DNA from: Chrysomallon squamiferum
Taxonomy: Eukaryota; Animalia; Mollusca
NCBI GenBank assembly: GCA_012295275.1
Contig: CM022671.1
Location: 36,022,001 to 36,086,000 of the forward strand
Length of the DNA: 64,000 bases
Direction of reading: 5' to 3'
Within the stretch, counting starts at the first letter, position 1; every line of letters begins with the position of its first letter. Under the pieces are notes generated by a model, which searched no databases, was not told the origin of the DNA, and worked only from the letters and a program-made list of their open reading frames with translations. This document shows, piece by piece, positions 39,677 to 54,349 of this stretch. The translations under genes were made by a program, and so were the position numbers.

Positions 39677-40636
39677 ACTGTTATCATTATAATTATCATC
39701 ATTATCTAATGAGCTGAGGAATGGCTGTGATATTAGTTGTAAAACAGAAATATTCTGTAGACAGATTTCTGCTGTGTAAAATTTTTGCTAATAAATATTT
39801 TATATTTCACTTGTGTTTCTTGATTATTATTGTTGAGAAACGGTACATTATTTATTTATTTACTATTTATTATTGTTATTATTATTATTATTGTTACTTT
39901 AATGTTGTTGTTGTTGTTGTAGTTATTGTTGTTGTTCTTCTTCTTCTTCTTATTATTATTATTATTGGCATCGTCATTGTTGATGTTAATTTATTACATT
40001 GTTGGTGGTGTCGTTGTTGCTTATGTTCTTATTAACAAAGAAGTTTGTTAGAGAGAGAAACAGATCAGATAATTCATTCCACACCATAGTTTTACGTCAT
40101 AAAAGTAATACATCAGCTTTGTGTAAATAATATTTTATTACCACGTGTATGTTAACCAACATGCTCGTAAGTTGTTGTTTTATTTGGTGTTAGAATATCA
40201 AAATATTCTCTTTTCAGTTTTTAATGAAGGTAATGCAGGATATGTACAAAATAAAAAGAACAACAACGATAGAAAAAAATTGAAATGAAATACTCAGCTA
40301 CTAACGAGAAGACAACTCTTCTTGGGAAAACGTCATTATGCGATTATCGTTCTTACATTGTTCAGATTTCATCGATTTAAATTAATCGAGAATCGTATAT
40401 TTTTAAAATTAGTTATAAAAAATCAAGGAATTTGCTTGTTTATTTATTTATGATAAATATGTTAAACAATTGTAATTCTGAAGAAAAAAAGTATTAAATA
40501 AAATAAAATAAAAAGAGAGAAAAAGAGCTACTTTCATCCGTTTCGATCGAAAGAGATCAACAACAACTACATCATCGATATCGTCGACAACAGAAACAAT
40601 AACAAAAATAAAAAAAAAAAAAAAAAAATAAACAAA

Positions 40637-40675
<39 letters not shown>

Positions 40676-40941
40676 AATGTTTATGAAACAACAGACTAAG
40701 CAGGTATAGGTTTTTCAGAGATTTATTAAAATTCAACAACACATTGTATATGAAAATACAGGTATATAAAATATGGTAGTACTCGGGGTTTTCACAGGAA
40801 AAGCTGTAACTCACAACGCGAAATCACAAAACTTTTTTTTTTTTTTTACTAATGTACACAGATAATTTTAATACTGGAATGTCTAATTCACCAGCTATAT
40901 ATTGAAAAGTTAACAATAACAATAATATTAATAACAAAAAC

Positions 40942-40994
<53 letters not shown>

Positions 40995-42370
40995 AAAAGT
41001 TTTACAATTCAGTACAATATATTTGTAAGACAATGAATTACATTAATAATTTAATACATCATATTCATAATTAGTTACTATCGATTCATAATTAAATATA
41101 ATGGATTTATAATGTAATGTAGAATATTCATAATTACAAATAATAGATTTGTTATGAAATAAAAAGGGGTCCTTTCAGTATAATTAATTATAAATAAAGA
41201 AAAAATAAAAAAATAAAGTATAAATCGAAACTGAAAAATATGTAAGCATTTCCATGATTGCAATAAAAACGTGATTAAATTTATAATTTTCATGATGAAT
41301 TACTCATTCGTTTTAAAAACCAGTTTAACAAAATACTGCTGATGTTGGTACATCTACTACTACTATTACGACCACAGCTACAGCTACTACAGTAGTCGTA
41401 GTAGTAGAAGTAGTAGTATAATAGTTGTAACAGTATTAGTAATAGTAATAATAAATGAATTTTTAAAAATCTAAGAAATTAAAACAAAAACCATTTGACC
41501 ATTCTATTTTTGAATAAGAAAATAACAATGAACGAATTAATAAATGTAATTCTTAAATTTTAATGTATGTATGAATATTTCGATAATAATAACATCATAA
41601 TAATATCGTACTAAAAACTATAATCATAATAATAAATTTATCAACTTTTTAAATACATATTACATATCGAATACTTCAAATAAATGTACAGTTTTTTTTT
41701 TCTTTTTAAGGCACCGCGGTTTTATTGAACGTATTTACAAACATTGTATATTAACTACTAGTGACAATAAAATTAAAAAAAAATAACTTTAAATGTGTCC
41801 ACCGTTAGACACAAATTGCAAAACATTATGCACTTGACTTCGTGATCGAAAAAAAAAAAGATTAATTAAAGTTAAAAATACCAATTCCAATTCAAAAACA
41901 GTTTTGATTATTATTTTAGAAAATAAATTAATAATAATAATAACAATACAATAAAGGATTATGGAAACAAATACTTTTGCGTGTACAGTGAAAAACATCG
42001 TCATTTACATAATTATATACAAACAAAATATGTGAATGAGATTGCATTTTCAATACAATTCACGTTGTAATTATTAAAAAAATAACTTACTCTGTGTTGT
42101 ATGTGCTGAAGATTACAGTTCTACAGTAACAGCTGATATGACTACTAAATAATGTCTACGGTGCTTTTGGCAACCGTAATGTTCTGTACACTGGCGTTCT
42201 GTTCTTTCTTGAAACTGTGACTGACAACAAATGTGTCGTCACGTGAGTACTTTCTGTACACAGGATTTCAGCTGGAGGTTAAATCACAAAAACTTGCTAA
42301 TGATCTGATCTGAGGACGTTTTGCCAAATCTGAGATGACTCCCAGTTCCTAGACGAAGGATTTCGAATCA

Positions 42371-42402
<32 letters not shown>

Positions 42403-42541
42403 CAATCACGATTCTGAAACTGTTTCTGCTTCCACGGCTCAGTCTGTGTGGCTGTCTAGTGATCAGGTTCAAAACAAACAAATAAAAACAAAAAACTTTC
42501 ATGATGCAAACAGATTCCTTTCACTCCAACATAAAGGATTA

Positions 42542-42817
42542 AGCTACGTTCACACTACGCGATTTAATGTCCTCTCTTTGATGTGTTATAAATAAAATAA
42601 AATTAAATACTGATGGCGACGGATTTCTATTAGGACAATCAGGACACAGTATGTTTTTAGTTTGTACTGAAAAGTAATCTCATTAAAGTAGAAATTTTGT
42701 CTCACATTTTATTTTACTGCACGAAGTTAGACGTTGAAATCTTTCACGTCTCATTTATGACTTCTCGTAGATGCTAACGATCGCATACCACATAAGTCGC
42801 GCAGTGTGAACGCAGCT
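42542..42817. mobile_element. PIF/Harbinger-type MITE, 276 bp
   Basis: ~25-bp imperfect TIRs (AGCTACGTTCACACTACGCGATTTA / TAAGTCGCGCAGTGTGAACGCAGCT) flanked by a TTA target-site duplication (42539-42541 and 42818-42820). Confidence 0.85.
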
Positions 42818-42846
42818 TTACAAAGGGTGTATATATTTTTAAACTA

Positions 42847-43073
42847 CTATTTCACTTTGGGGGGTTCTTCTTTTAGTTTTAACTTTTCTCTGTCGCCATT
42901 GGAATGTTCCTCTCTTGACAACCGAACGTATCTGACAACCTTCAGCTTTCTCCTGTTGCCGTAGAAATGACAGTACAAGGAACCGGCTACAAGAATCACC
43001 ATGGTGATGGCACATAAGACACCGGCGATGTAGTACGACTCTCTCCTCACCACCAGAATGGAATTCTCTATAC
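42847..43073 (-). CDS. Single-pass membrane microprotein, coding exon 2 (TM helix YYIAGVLCAITMVILVAGSLYCHFY and basic tail); spliced product 99 aa
   Basis: Acceptor tattcag| at 43074, phase 1; non-repetitive coding-like sequence in an AT-rich background; a ~23-residue hydrophobic helix followed by RRKLK; TAG at 42847-42849. Confidence 0.7.
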
Positions 43074-43365
43074 CTGAATACAAACATTTATAAAATGTGT
43101 GTATATAAATAAAACATATAGATAACATATACACACACAGATAACAGAATGGAATTCTCTATACCTGAATACAAACATTTATAAAATGTGTGTCTATGTG
43201 TGTGTGTATATATATAAATAAAACATATATATAACATATACACACACAGATAACAGAATGGAATTCTCTATACCTGAATACAAAAATGTATAAAATGTGT
43301 GTCTATGTGTGTGTGTGTGTATATAAATAAAACATATATATAACATATACACACACAGATAACAG
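43054..43365. repeat. Triplicated ~91-110 bp unit containing the exon-2 splice acceptor
   Basis: CAGAATGGAATTCTCTATACCTGAATACAAA at 43054, 43145 and 43254. Confidence 0.93.
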
Positions 43366-43666
43366 ATATATATGTATGTATGTACATAATAAATAAATAA
43401 ATAAGTAAATTAAGAAACAAGGGAAAACCCCAACAAGTTATATTTACACTCTAAAATTAGCTAAAATAAAACGAATTATTACTGATTTACTACGTCATTT
43501 GCAAACACGTTGACGTTTACTTTTATCTACTCGTTCCCCCACTCACCTCTCCCCCCCCCTAAACACACACAGTCACGTAGATGATCACGTACAGTCACGT
43601 GTCTTGGAACGCTCTATACCTAAATATAAAACATGAACTACAACTGTTGATGACGACAACACTTAC

Positions 43667-43739
43667 GTTGCTGAAAAGCTTTCATTTCGGACAACATGAT
43701 CGACATGGCCCCGGGTTTGAACGAGTGGCCCTCCATCAT
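43667..43739 (-). CDS. Single-pass membrane microprotein, coding exon 1 (MMEGHSFKPGAMSIMLSEMKAFQQ + 1 nt)
   Basis: Acceptor ttacag| before 43772, in-frame stop upstream of ATG ATG at 43739, perfect donor |GTAAGT at 43666; phase 1 matches the next exon. Confidence 0.62.
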
Positions 43740-43886
43740 TACGAGTTCCTTTTTACGTCAATCAGTGTATCTCTGTAATAGTAGTAATAATAATAATAAT
43801 AACAACAATAATAACAATAAAAACAGTAACAATAGCAATAGTAGTAGTAATAATAGCAACATAAACAATAAAAATAATAAATAACA

Positions 43887-43928
<42 letters not shown>

Positions 43929-44023
43929 TTTATTTATTTTAGTAGTAGTAGTAGTAGTAGAAGTAATAATAATTAGTAATAATAATAATGATACTACTAC
44001 ACTACTACTACCACGAATAATAA

Positions 44024-44054
<31 letters not shown>

Positions 44055-44551
44055 CAACACTACCAGCAGCAGCAGCAACACCAACAGCAACAACAAAATA
44101 ATAATAAAATGATTTTCCTCTGTAATAAATATTATACAGACTACATAAACTCTATTAACATACCTATGTAACTCACCTGTATGATTAAATTCCATGTAAC
44201 AGGTGTTTGTTGAACGTGTTTGAATACACAATTATGTCTATATTCCTGCTCAACGCAATAGTCAGTATACAAATTAAGAAAGGGGGTGGGGGGATAATAA
44301 TAAAAATAATCTAATCAGCCGGGGGGTTAAAGTAAAACAAAGAAACTGAAACAGAGACAAATGATAAAGGCTGCACATCCGGGTTACCCAGTAGAGCGTG
44401 CTGTTTAGTAATAAACTGTAATGTTTGTCATCTGACAGCCGTCGCTGGCATCATTCCAACTATTGCATAAAAGGAAGAAATGTTCGCGCTCCTTGGTAGA
44501 GAGCTGCAGGTCGCGAGATCAATCCTCGTTAAACTTCAGACTTTATTTTAT

Positions 44552-44588
<37 letters not shown>

Positions 44589-47044
44589 CTTATATATATA
44601 TAATCTTTAATGTGTCAATAAACGAATTCAGAAACGAAGAGAAGTAGGATCCATACTTTTGCTGCGGTCACTGAGACAACTACCAGCAAAGCCACGTGAC
44701 CTTTTTTTTTTTTAAAGGTCTTCATTTGTGTTTTCCTCTTTGTGAAAATGTGAGTGTGGAGATGCAGTGAACCACTGGATTATTCTCATTATCATTGTGA
44801 TAAATGTAAAAATGTCTTCTCTACATATCAACAGAATTATTTTATCTCTTGATAAAATTACCCCTTACCACTGTATATTTAACCTTTCAATTCAGAATCA
44901 ACAAATAAGCACTCGACAATAAGTGCTAAACGATATACACACAAAGGGATTGTTCAGTAATAAGCACACATATATATATATATATAACTATACACATAAA
45001 CATATTTCCTTGCCTTCGAATCAATTCTGGAAAGGGAAAAAAAAAAAAACGAGCCTGTCTAACAACCATTACGTCAACAAGCAACGACACCCACTGTATG
45101 AAAATTAGCACGTTGCGTGTAAATAGTTATTTTAAATATCACTTGTGTTGCCATGACGACGACAGAGACGTAACAGGCAACAGCTGCGACGTTGCAACGC
45201 CTTGTCAGTTTGAATTACATTTTTTTTTTTTTTTTTTGGTTTAATTAGAAATTTTATACATTGTGCGTGTCCTCCTCTCATCTAATAAAAACCCTGCCCT
45301 GCCTCTACTGATTTAAAATATATACAAGTTTCAGCTGTCGTAATCATTTCAGGTTAGTCACAACAAAAGCACACAATAACACTAATTATTAAACTATATT
45401 TTACAATTTCTTTTTAAACAAAACCATTCAACATGTTCTGAAGAGGATCGATCTGTTATTAATATTAAAACTATCGGGTGAAGTTATTTACAATACAGAC
45501 ATCAGACAAGAGCGACGGAATTCACCAGGTAATAACATATCGATCCAGTTCATTTTTTGCAGCAAAGAAACCAATCGGCAGTCTTACAAGATCTGATCCC
45601 GTGACCACCCACTCCTCTCTACCTGCACGGGGGAGCTGTCGAGCATTTATTATAGATATCAAAGTCGTAATTCTTTGCGTTAGGTATTGATTCAGTTAAT
45701 CTCAAGCCGTAGATATATGAAAGTAATGAGTCACGTTCTGACACGTGTGTAATACAAGCTGGTTGGTATATTGTAACAAGGTCTGAGTACAACTCATTGT
45801 CAGAATCTGCTGATGAAAATAAAACAGATTAATATGAAATATGAGACAGACAAGGAGTCAGCCAAGCGGATGTATAGACAGACAGACTGAAGAATAAATA
45901 AACAGATGAATGAATGATAGATATCAAAAAAAAAAAAAAAGAACGATTTTAAAAATTAGATAAATAGACAGACTAAAATAAAAATAACAGAGAGGAAGAT
46001 GAATGGTTTATATATAGAAAATCAACAACAGAAAGACAGCTACTAGAAAGCAAGAAAGATATTACAGAAATCACACACTAACCTTTTAATACATGGGTAT
46101 GAGCCCAGGCTGTAACGGGAGATTTATCACTTGTGATTAGTAATGTTTGTGGTGGTAGTTTCTGTGATTATTACTGGAAAAGATTTTCAAATGAAAGCAA
46201 AGTTCGACTGAAAAGTGTATTTACATGTAGTTTTCTGAAGAGGGCATATCTATAATTTTTTTAATTTTTTTATTTTTTTTAATGTCGGAATGACACATCA
46301 CTTAGCTGCAGACTGTCAGCTTACTGGTTGGTCATTTCAGTCAACGAACCAGTGGTCATTGTAAACAACAAAGCTATTTATAAACCAATGGTCATTGTAA
46401 ACAGTATTTCACAATAAAACTATTGCTATAATACTGATAATTGTAAACAGCAAAGCTATTTATAAAACAATGGTCATTGTAACCAATATTTCGCAATATA
46501 TATTAATAAAACATAGTGTTTCACAACAGTAAAACAAGATTAATAAGAAAAGCTGTGAAGATATTTTACTAAACTAACTGCGTTATCATACATGTTACAG
46601 CTTTATTGTGTTTATTTTGACATTTACTGATAAAACGAATGTTAATTACCTTCCTAGTAACAGTGGAATTATAAACAACGATTTATGAAATATACACGAT
46701 ACCTAACATAAAGGTATACAAACACACGTACATAATATATACAGAGAAAATTTTACAAATAATTTATATATGCACAAATATATTCGTAAATATTCCACTT
46801 CGTATTAGTATTAAGGTAGTGATAGTGGTAGTGTAAACGATAGTGATAGTGATATGGACAATGACACTACTGGTAGCGCTAATAATAATGGCACAGAGAA
46901 TATTAAAGGCAGTCGTACTACTAATCATAGCAGTGGTAGTAGTTGTAGTAGTGAAATACAGAAGTAATATTTGTTGTCAAAGTAATATATATATATATAT
47001 AGATTTTAATTTAATAATTGCAAGATTTGAAACAATAACTGAGA

Positions 47045-47099
<55 letters not shown>

Positions 47100-48317
47100 T
47101 TTCAAAATGCCTGAATAGTCTCGTACATAAATCAGTTTCATTTATCAGTCCCCCCTCTCATATTCTTTCCTTGTCTCTCTCTGCCCCTTTAAACCCTTTC
47201 CTTACATCCACACCTTCCTATTTCCATTTACACAGCCCCTCGCTGTCCTCCATTCACACTGCTCGCCTCCCTACCCTCTGTTCTGCGTCCCCACCTAAAA
47301 AGCGAGTTGGAACCGACGGTCGATCAATGGCACCTGTTACTGCGTTACCACAAAACACAAACAGACGACTTGCAACGATCGACGCACGTACTACTGTTTT
47401 AAAAACACACACACACAGTTGCAGACGGTCTAGTAAAACACAATACTCACAGAGTCGATCGTACATAACCTCCAGGTTTAAAAGACACACGTAGGCAGCA
47501 GACGAGCAGCCAACACGAAACACGTTCGTCGTACACTGTGCGAATAAACACTGATCACTTCGTTTTGTACCGCGTTCTGCAGGTCACGCGATAGTCAGTC
47601 AGTCCACCGCTTCGTTGAAAAACACCACACCGCGGATACTGGCGGGTTTACAAGGGGTGTGTGTGTGTGTGTGTGTGTACGCATGGTGGGGGTGACCCAG
47701 TCCGATGTCTTTCTAACTTCCTCGCCGGTTGATTTTTATTTATTTGTTATTAATACAAATATTTATTCGTAGAATTAAAATTAATGTTTTAGTAATGCGT
47801 CTTAATGTTGATGTTGCACTTATACCTTCGTTCTTTTTTTTTTTCTTTCTTTCTTCTTTTTATTTCTTTAATTTTTTTTTTTTTCTTTTGAATTTCTTTA
47901 AAAGAAATAGAAATAAAATAAATCATGGAACCGCCCCTGGCCTGGCTTGTAGGAACAAAGCAACCTGTTTAACAAACACGTGGTGACCTTTGCTGTAAGT
48001 TCACCAAGTAACAGTGGGAAAAACCTGTTCAAAAAACCATCCAGGTGTGAACAGGTGTCATTTACACCTTTACTCACCTGTATGACTTTTCTTTTCTCCT
48101 TTTCACTTTTATGTTGTTTTTATTTCCGGTAATAAAAATAATATAAATTTAAACGAGATAAAGGAGCAAAGGGTTTAACATTCAGCACAAAGCAACGTTT
48201 CATTATCGTTGTTACGTTTTTTATAGCTGCTTTGCTGACATTTCAGTTTTCATTGTTATTTTTACCATTGTTTGTATCTTAATTAATTAATTGATTTATT
48301 GTTACTATTACTATTAC

Positions 48318-48360
<43 letters not shown>

Positions 48361-48708
48361 AGTTGTAGAAGTAGTATCAGCAGCAGCAGTAGTAGTAGTA
48401 GTAGTAGTAGTAGTATTGCTGTTTTAATTATTTGTATTTTTTTGTTTTGTAAAGGAAACAAATCAGAAATGTATAAATATTTTCGCAGTAGGATAAAAGA
48501 AACTAAAATAAAAACAGAAGAGAAAAAAAAAAAAATAAAATAAATAAATAAACAAATAAATAAATAAATATAAAATTGCAGAAATTATATAAAGCGAACT
48601 TTAAAAAGAAGAAAAAATGAGGAAATTAAAAAAATATATATGTTCTATCTTTTCTTCCTTCTTTCATCATTATTTATTTATTTAATATTATTATTCTTAT
48701 TACTGTTG

Positions 48709-48751
<43 letters not shown>

Positions 48752-50778
48752 TTATTATTATTATTCATTTCTTTATTCATTTCTTTCTTTCGTTCTTCGT
48801 TTCTTCCTTCCTCTCTCGTTCCACTTATCGTTAACTAACAATAATCTGTATTTTGGTCAGTTACAAATAAAGTGACTAGGATGGTACAGATGTACTTTGT
48901 ACATTTTCAAAAGCACTTGATCTTTGTCGGATATTTTTAACCTTTGAAATTAAATGTAAAGTTGAGCTGAACACGCAGACAGCAGATCAAAGTAACCAGT
49001 TACGAAATCTCGCGTTAGTTCAGGAGCAGATGCGAGATTTGAAATAAACGAAGGGGCTGTGTTTATTTTAGGAGTCAATTGTTTGATATGAAATCAATTT
49101 CGTTATCTTTTCGATATTTTGTTTATTTCACTAAAAATACTTAAATAATGCTTTATTTTATTATTCTTGCTGTTACTGTTGTTGTTGTTGTAAAATATAA
49201 AATATAAATAAATAAAAGAAAATACGGCATTCTGTATCATGTAGAAAATGATGTTTTCAAAAACGAAATTAATTAACCTAAAACTAAAATTAAAAAAGGT
49301 AAATAAAATACATTTTACTTACTTAGTCTGGAAAAAAAAAAGTTTAAACACTTTCTGAAGGACAGAGTTCTTAAACTGAAAATTTAAACTGTTAAGTTAT
49401 CATAATAAATAAAATTTTATTTTATTATTTTTTCACGTCTTCATTATAAGAGTTATTTTTCTTGAAATAGTTAAACAAGTTAGAATGTAAATAATCAGTG
49501 ACGTCACAGAAACGTGATGACAATACTGTTGTTATTGAAACCCCATTACCTGCGTTTGTATATTTATTTATTTGTTTTTTTAGTTTATTTATCTGTTTGT
49601 TTATTTGTATATTTGTTTGTTTGTTTGTTTTTATTTGTTTATTTATTATTTGTTTGTTTGTTTATTTATTTGTTTGTTTATTTTTTTTGTTTGTTATTTT
49701 TTTTGTTTGTTATTTGTTTGTTATTTGTTTTTATGTATTTATTTATTTATTTATTTATTTATTTTTTTTGTATTATTCTTATTTTATTTTTATTTTTTAT
49801 TATTTATTTATTTATTTTACAGGAAATAAACAAATGTTTATTTGTGGTTGTAAATGTATATATATTAAAACTGATACACACAGATTACATCACACAGATT
49901 ACAACACAGATTACAACATAGATTACAACACAGATTACAACACAGATGTTATTCAGTGTCGCAGGCAGTTCCACCCGAAACGACTTTCCAGTAACTGTGT
50001 GACGTCATAGAAGTCAGTTAAACCAAATCCTATTACTTACTTACTTACGTACTTACTTACTTAATTTTATTTTTTTATTATTATAAGGAGTTTGTCCATC
50101 TCCCCATGGTCAGCTTTCAGAAACTGGTCATCTCTACCTGTAACTGTCCGTGCATCCCTTAAAACAGTTTAGCATCACCCACGTGGTCTGGTGAGATGTG
50201 AAAATTAGATCAAGTAGACAAACAGCTAAACCTCTCCTGCAGATCAAGCAGGGACATTCTGGGTGTAAAATTAGATCAAGTGGGTGCGAACCACGCAGAG
50301 GAATCTCTTATGTTTATTTATACCAGCAATTTTTTTTTAAAATTTGATTTTATGAGAGAGTGAAAATGTTCTGACACAAAGCAAGTAAGTCAATGTTTAT
50401 TTTATAAAGATAACATATAAAAAAAAAAAAAAATATGTAACAACAACAGCGTCATACAAGCACAGAGGCGTGTGTACAGGAGTATTTTACTGATAAATGT
50501 TTTAAATCCGCAACAGAAAACCCATATAATGAAAAAAAGTGTAAAATCTCTGCCATTGTCATTAAACGGAAAAATGGGAAAATAAAGTGAATATTCAGAA
50601 ATTTTGAAATACAATGAATAATTCTTCTACTTTATTTTTTTTATTATTCTTTCTAATTTTTTTTTTTAATATTTTTTTTTTTTTTTAATTTTCACTTTAT
50701 ATCTTTTCGATGTACGAATGTAATTTGTTATTATTCCTTTTTGAATATGGCAAATAAACTGTTGAGCTAAAACGTAAC

Positions 50779-50845
<67 letters not shown>

Positions 50846-51043
50846 TTTAGCTGACGTTACTATATTTGTTCTTATCAGTTAACAACAAGGAAAGTTTATC
50901 TAAAGTTAGATTCGATCCTGGAGTCTGCCATACCTCACTCTACTGACCTAGTCAAAATCTTTTGTTTCAGATGAATGAAGGGAAACAACTCAATTTTCAT
51001 AGTTCTGTTTTCTATTGTTTCTTTCATCTGTTTGTTTGTGTGT

Positions 51044-51083
<40 letters not shown>

Positions 51084-53272
51084 TTATTCGGTTGTGTGTG
51101 TGTGTGTGCGTGTGTGTGTTTGTGTTTGTTTGTTTGTTCTTTGTTTGACGTGTTCTGGAACTCATATTTTCTTTCATAACTTTACACAGAAATATACACA
51201 TCATCACACGCATACACGCATGAATTTGTAAGCGTGTGAAATTCTAGAATCTTCAGTAATTTCAAAGTTTAATAAATTTACTGAAACGTTAAAAACATGT
51301 TTCATTAAAACCCATTCCTTTTATCAGGATATAGAATTTTCGTGTAAAAGTAATTTTCGCCTTTTAAAACCAAAAAAAAATACTTTTTTTTTTTTTTTTT
51401 TTTTAAATGTGATTTTTGAATGATATCAGTAGAATATTGCAGTGACATAACTGAAAGAAAACATTTTAAACTCGTCTGAGGTATGTCAACAGAAAATGGC
51501 CAGTGACAAAAATATTCTGATAACCGTTGTCACAAGGAAGTAATCGTCAGAAGATGAGAAAGGTCACAGACAAGAAATTAATGTGACATTTCAACCACTA
51601 GTGGATTACAGTGCTCGCTAAACGCTGTTGTCTCTTGTTAAATCTAAGATCACCTAACTCAGTAATGAAATCACAGGATCTTCATTCTAGCATGGCAGGA
51701 CGGGTTCAAACCTAAGTTATTTCTGGTAGATTTAGCTAAAAGGGATGTATCTTGGTTTGGGGGATAATTTTCAAATGAAAAACAATCGCAAATTAACTTA
51801 CAGGTTAAGACTGCAGAAATACTGCTTAGTCGGTTTTATTAATATGTAAAATACAAGAGATAAATAAATAAAATATTATTTAAAATATAACAAATGATCG
51901 TTTGTGGATTTATTCAACCCTTTTCCCCGAATGTGCTAATAAAGCAAATGTTTTTGTTTTTTTTTTTGTATTTTATCTGTAGTTTTCTTGTTTGTTGTTG
52001 TATTTGTTTTGTGTATGTGTTTGGGGGATTGTTTGTTGTTTTTTGTGGCTTTTTTGTTGTTGTTGTTGTTGTTGTTGTTGAGGTTAGGGGTTTTTTGTGG
52101 CTTTTTTCTTTTCTTTTTTCTTTTTTAAATTTTCAATTTAAGTCTTTCGAGATATCAATGTAATTTTTTATTACTCTGTACAGAACATGGCAAATCAATT
52201 ATCTGGAGATAAAATCTAACTATAATTTTAATTTTAATTTAATTTTATTATTATTTAATTTGGATTGTTATATTATATGCAGCTGTTTAGCTGGAAATTC
52301 AGTTATTGTTGTGTATCTGACAACTCAGACAAAACTGTGGACTGCTGAAGTGAGTGGGTGGGAAGAGGATTACAGAATGATAAATTCTAAATTGACAAAT
52401 AATTTTTTTTTTTTTTTTTAATTTTTAAAAAATATAATTATTATTTTCTTCCTAAATATGCTATTAAATTGAATATTTTTTTTTATATAAATACTTAAAT
52501 ATAACTGATTATGTGAAATTAAAACATACAGTCGCCAGTATGATTTTATAAACTTATGTTAATTAGTACGTTTCTCGCCAATTTAATTAATTACCCAATC
52601 TACGTTTTTTTTTTTAAAAAAGGGTATTGTTCGGAATATTCAATTTCTCTGTGTTTAAAACACATTTATATTTGTAAAAATAAAAACACAAGTGGGATAG
52701 AACAAAGATGGTATTAAAGTTACCAGCTCGCAGAGTATTACGTAAATGGTGTAGGCTTAGTAATCTGTATCGATCTGGAATTTCGACTTTAATGTGTGGA
52801 ACGTTTCACCGGCAACATTGATCTGTCGTCTGCTGACAGAATGCTAGACTGTGTCGATGTGTCATACTGGAAAACACTTGTGTGTAATTATACCAAAGAA
52901 CTGACACGAACCAAGTCTAGACTGGTTAAACGTCGCTGTATTACGTAATGTTTTAATTGTCTTTTATTCAGACACTGTAAATTGTAATTGCTTGCGCTAA
53001 GTAAGAAAAATAAATAATAAACACATATTAATAAAACACAGCCGAGTGAATGAGGTTTGACTTCTCTGCCAAGTCTAGAGTGGGTATTAAAAGGAATTTC
53101 AAGTACTGTGAGATGCAAGGAGACTGACAATTTCGGAAACGTAGATGACGCTGGCCGTTGACAATTGGGCCGGACGTCGTGGGGGAAATCAAACCAATTT
53201 CCCACTCGAAGCAGACTTGACAAAGTCACTGCTGCTGGGAAGCGAACATCGCGGGCTGTAGCGACCGGCAAG

Positions 53273-53336
53273 ATGAACATTAAATACCTGCTTGCCATTG
53301 CAGTTCTCGTTGCCGTCTTATTTGTCAGTGCTGAAG
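53273..53336 (+). CDS. CFP: Properdin-like exon 1 (signal peptide MNIKYLLAIAVLVAVLFVSAE)
   Basis: AAG-ATG start, hydrophobic signal, donor G|GTTTGT phase 1; spliced AEA gives an AxA cleavage site. Confidence 0.88.
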
Positions 53337-53944
53337 GTTTGTTATGCATGTCCGCGTTGTGCTGTTGTTGTCGTAGTTGTTGTTGTCGATGTCGATGTTG
53401 CTTAGTTCTTTGAAAACGGTGGTGGATTCATTCATTTAAGTTAAATATAATCTCAGATTAGGCTTTCGTTCTGTGAAGGGGCTTGGTGAAATTTCAGTTG
53501 AAATATTTGTTTTATTTTCTGCACGTCTCTGCAGCTCTTTAGAGTCGCGCCAGCTTAAATCCTGTATTTGAGTGACAACAGACTTTAGCTAATTCTCCTT
53601 ATTAATCTCCAAACACAAGGATATAATTTACGTTAAATGTAGGATTATGTAACTTATTTTATTCAATAATATGCATCATATTAATATCTACTTCTATTAC
53701 TGCTACCACCACTAATACTACCATTAGTACTACTACTACTACTACTGTTACTATTACTACTACTACTACTATTACTACTACTACCACTTTTATCATAACT
53801 ACTACTACTGCTGCTATAATTATTAACACAACAAATGGTTTTTCCAATAACTGAATTACTGTGTAATATATTTTTAAAAAATACAAAACTGGATATTTAC
53901 CAACACTAACCAGAATGTTAGCCAGTAGAAGAGTCAGATATTTA

Positions 53945-53986
<42 letters not shown>

Positions 53987-54318
53987 CAGAAAACATATAC
54001 TTGTTATAAAATGTTATAAAATTCTGGCAAATTAATCAGATATTTAAATAATTATTTTAACATTCCATTAATATATACACGTATATGCATAATATGAAAA
54101 TATGTTGGTACATGCAAATGTAGTTGTTTGTATGTGTATATATATGTGCATGTATGTATGTATGTATGTATATATGTGTATGTATGTATGTGTGTATGTG
54201 CGTATGTATGTATGAATCTGTGTATGTATCTATGTGTATCTGTATGTATATATATATATATATATATATGTGAATAGATAAGTGGTTCTGTGTACTTCTG
54301 TGTGTGTGTGTGTGTGTG

Positions 54319-54349
<31 letters not shown>

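Noticed and set aside
47171-47720. 107-aa and 89-aa ORFs in a GC-richer patch
   Set aside because: Non-ATG starts and no recognisable motif or exon chain; may be a promoter or old repeat, but I cannot support a call.
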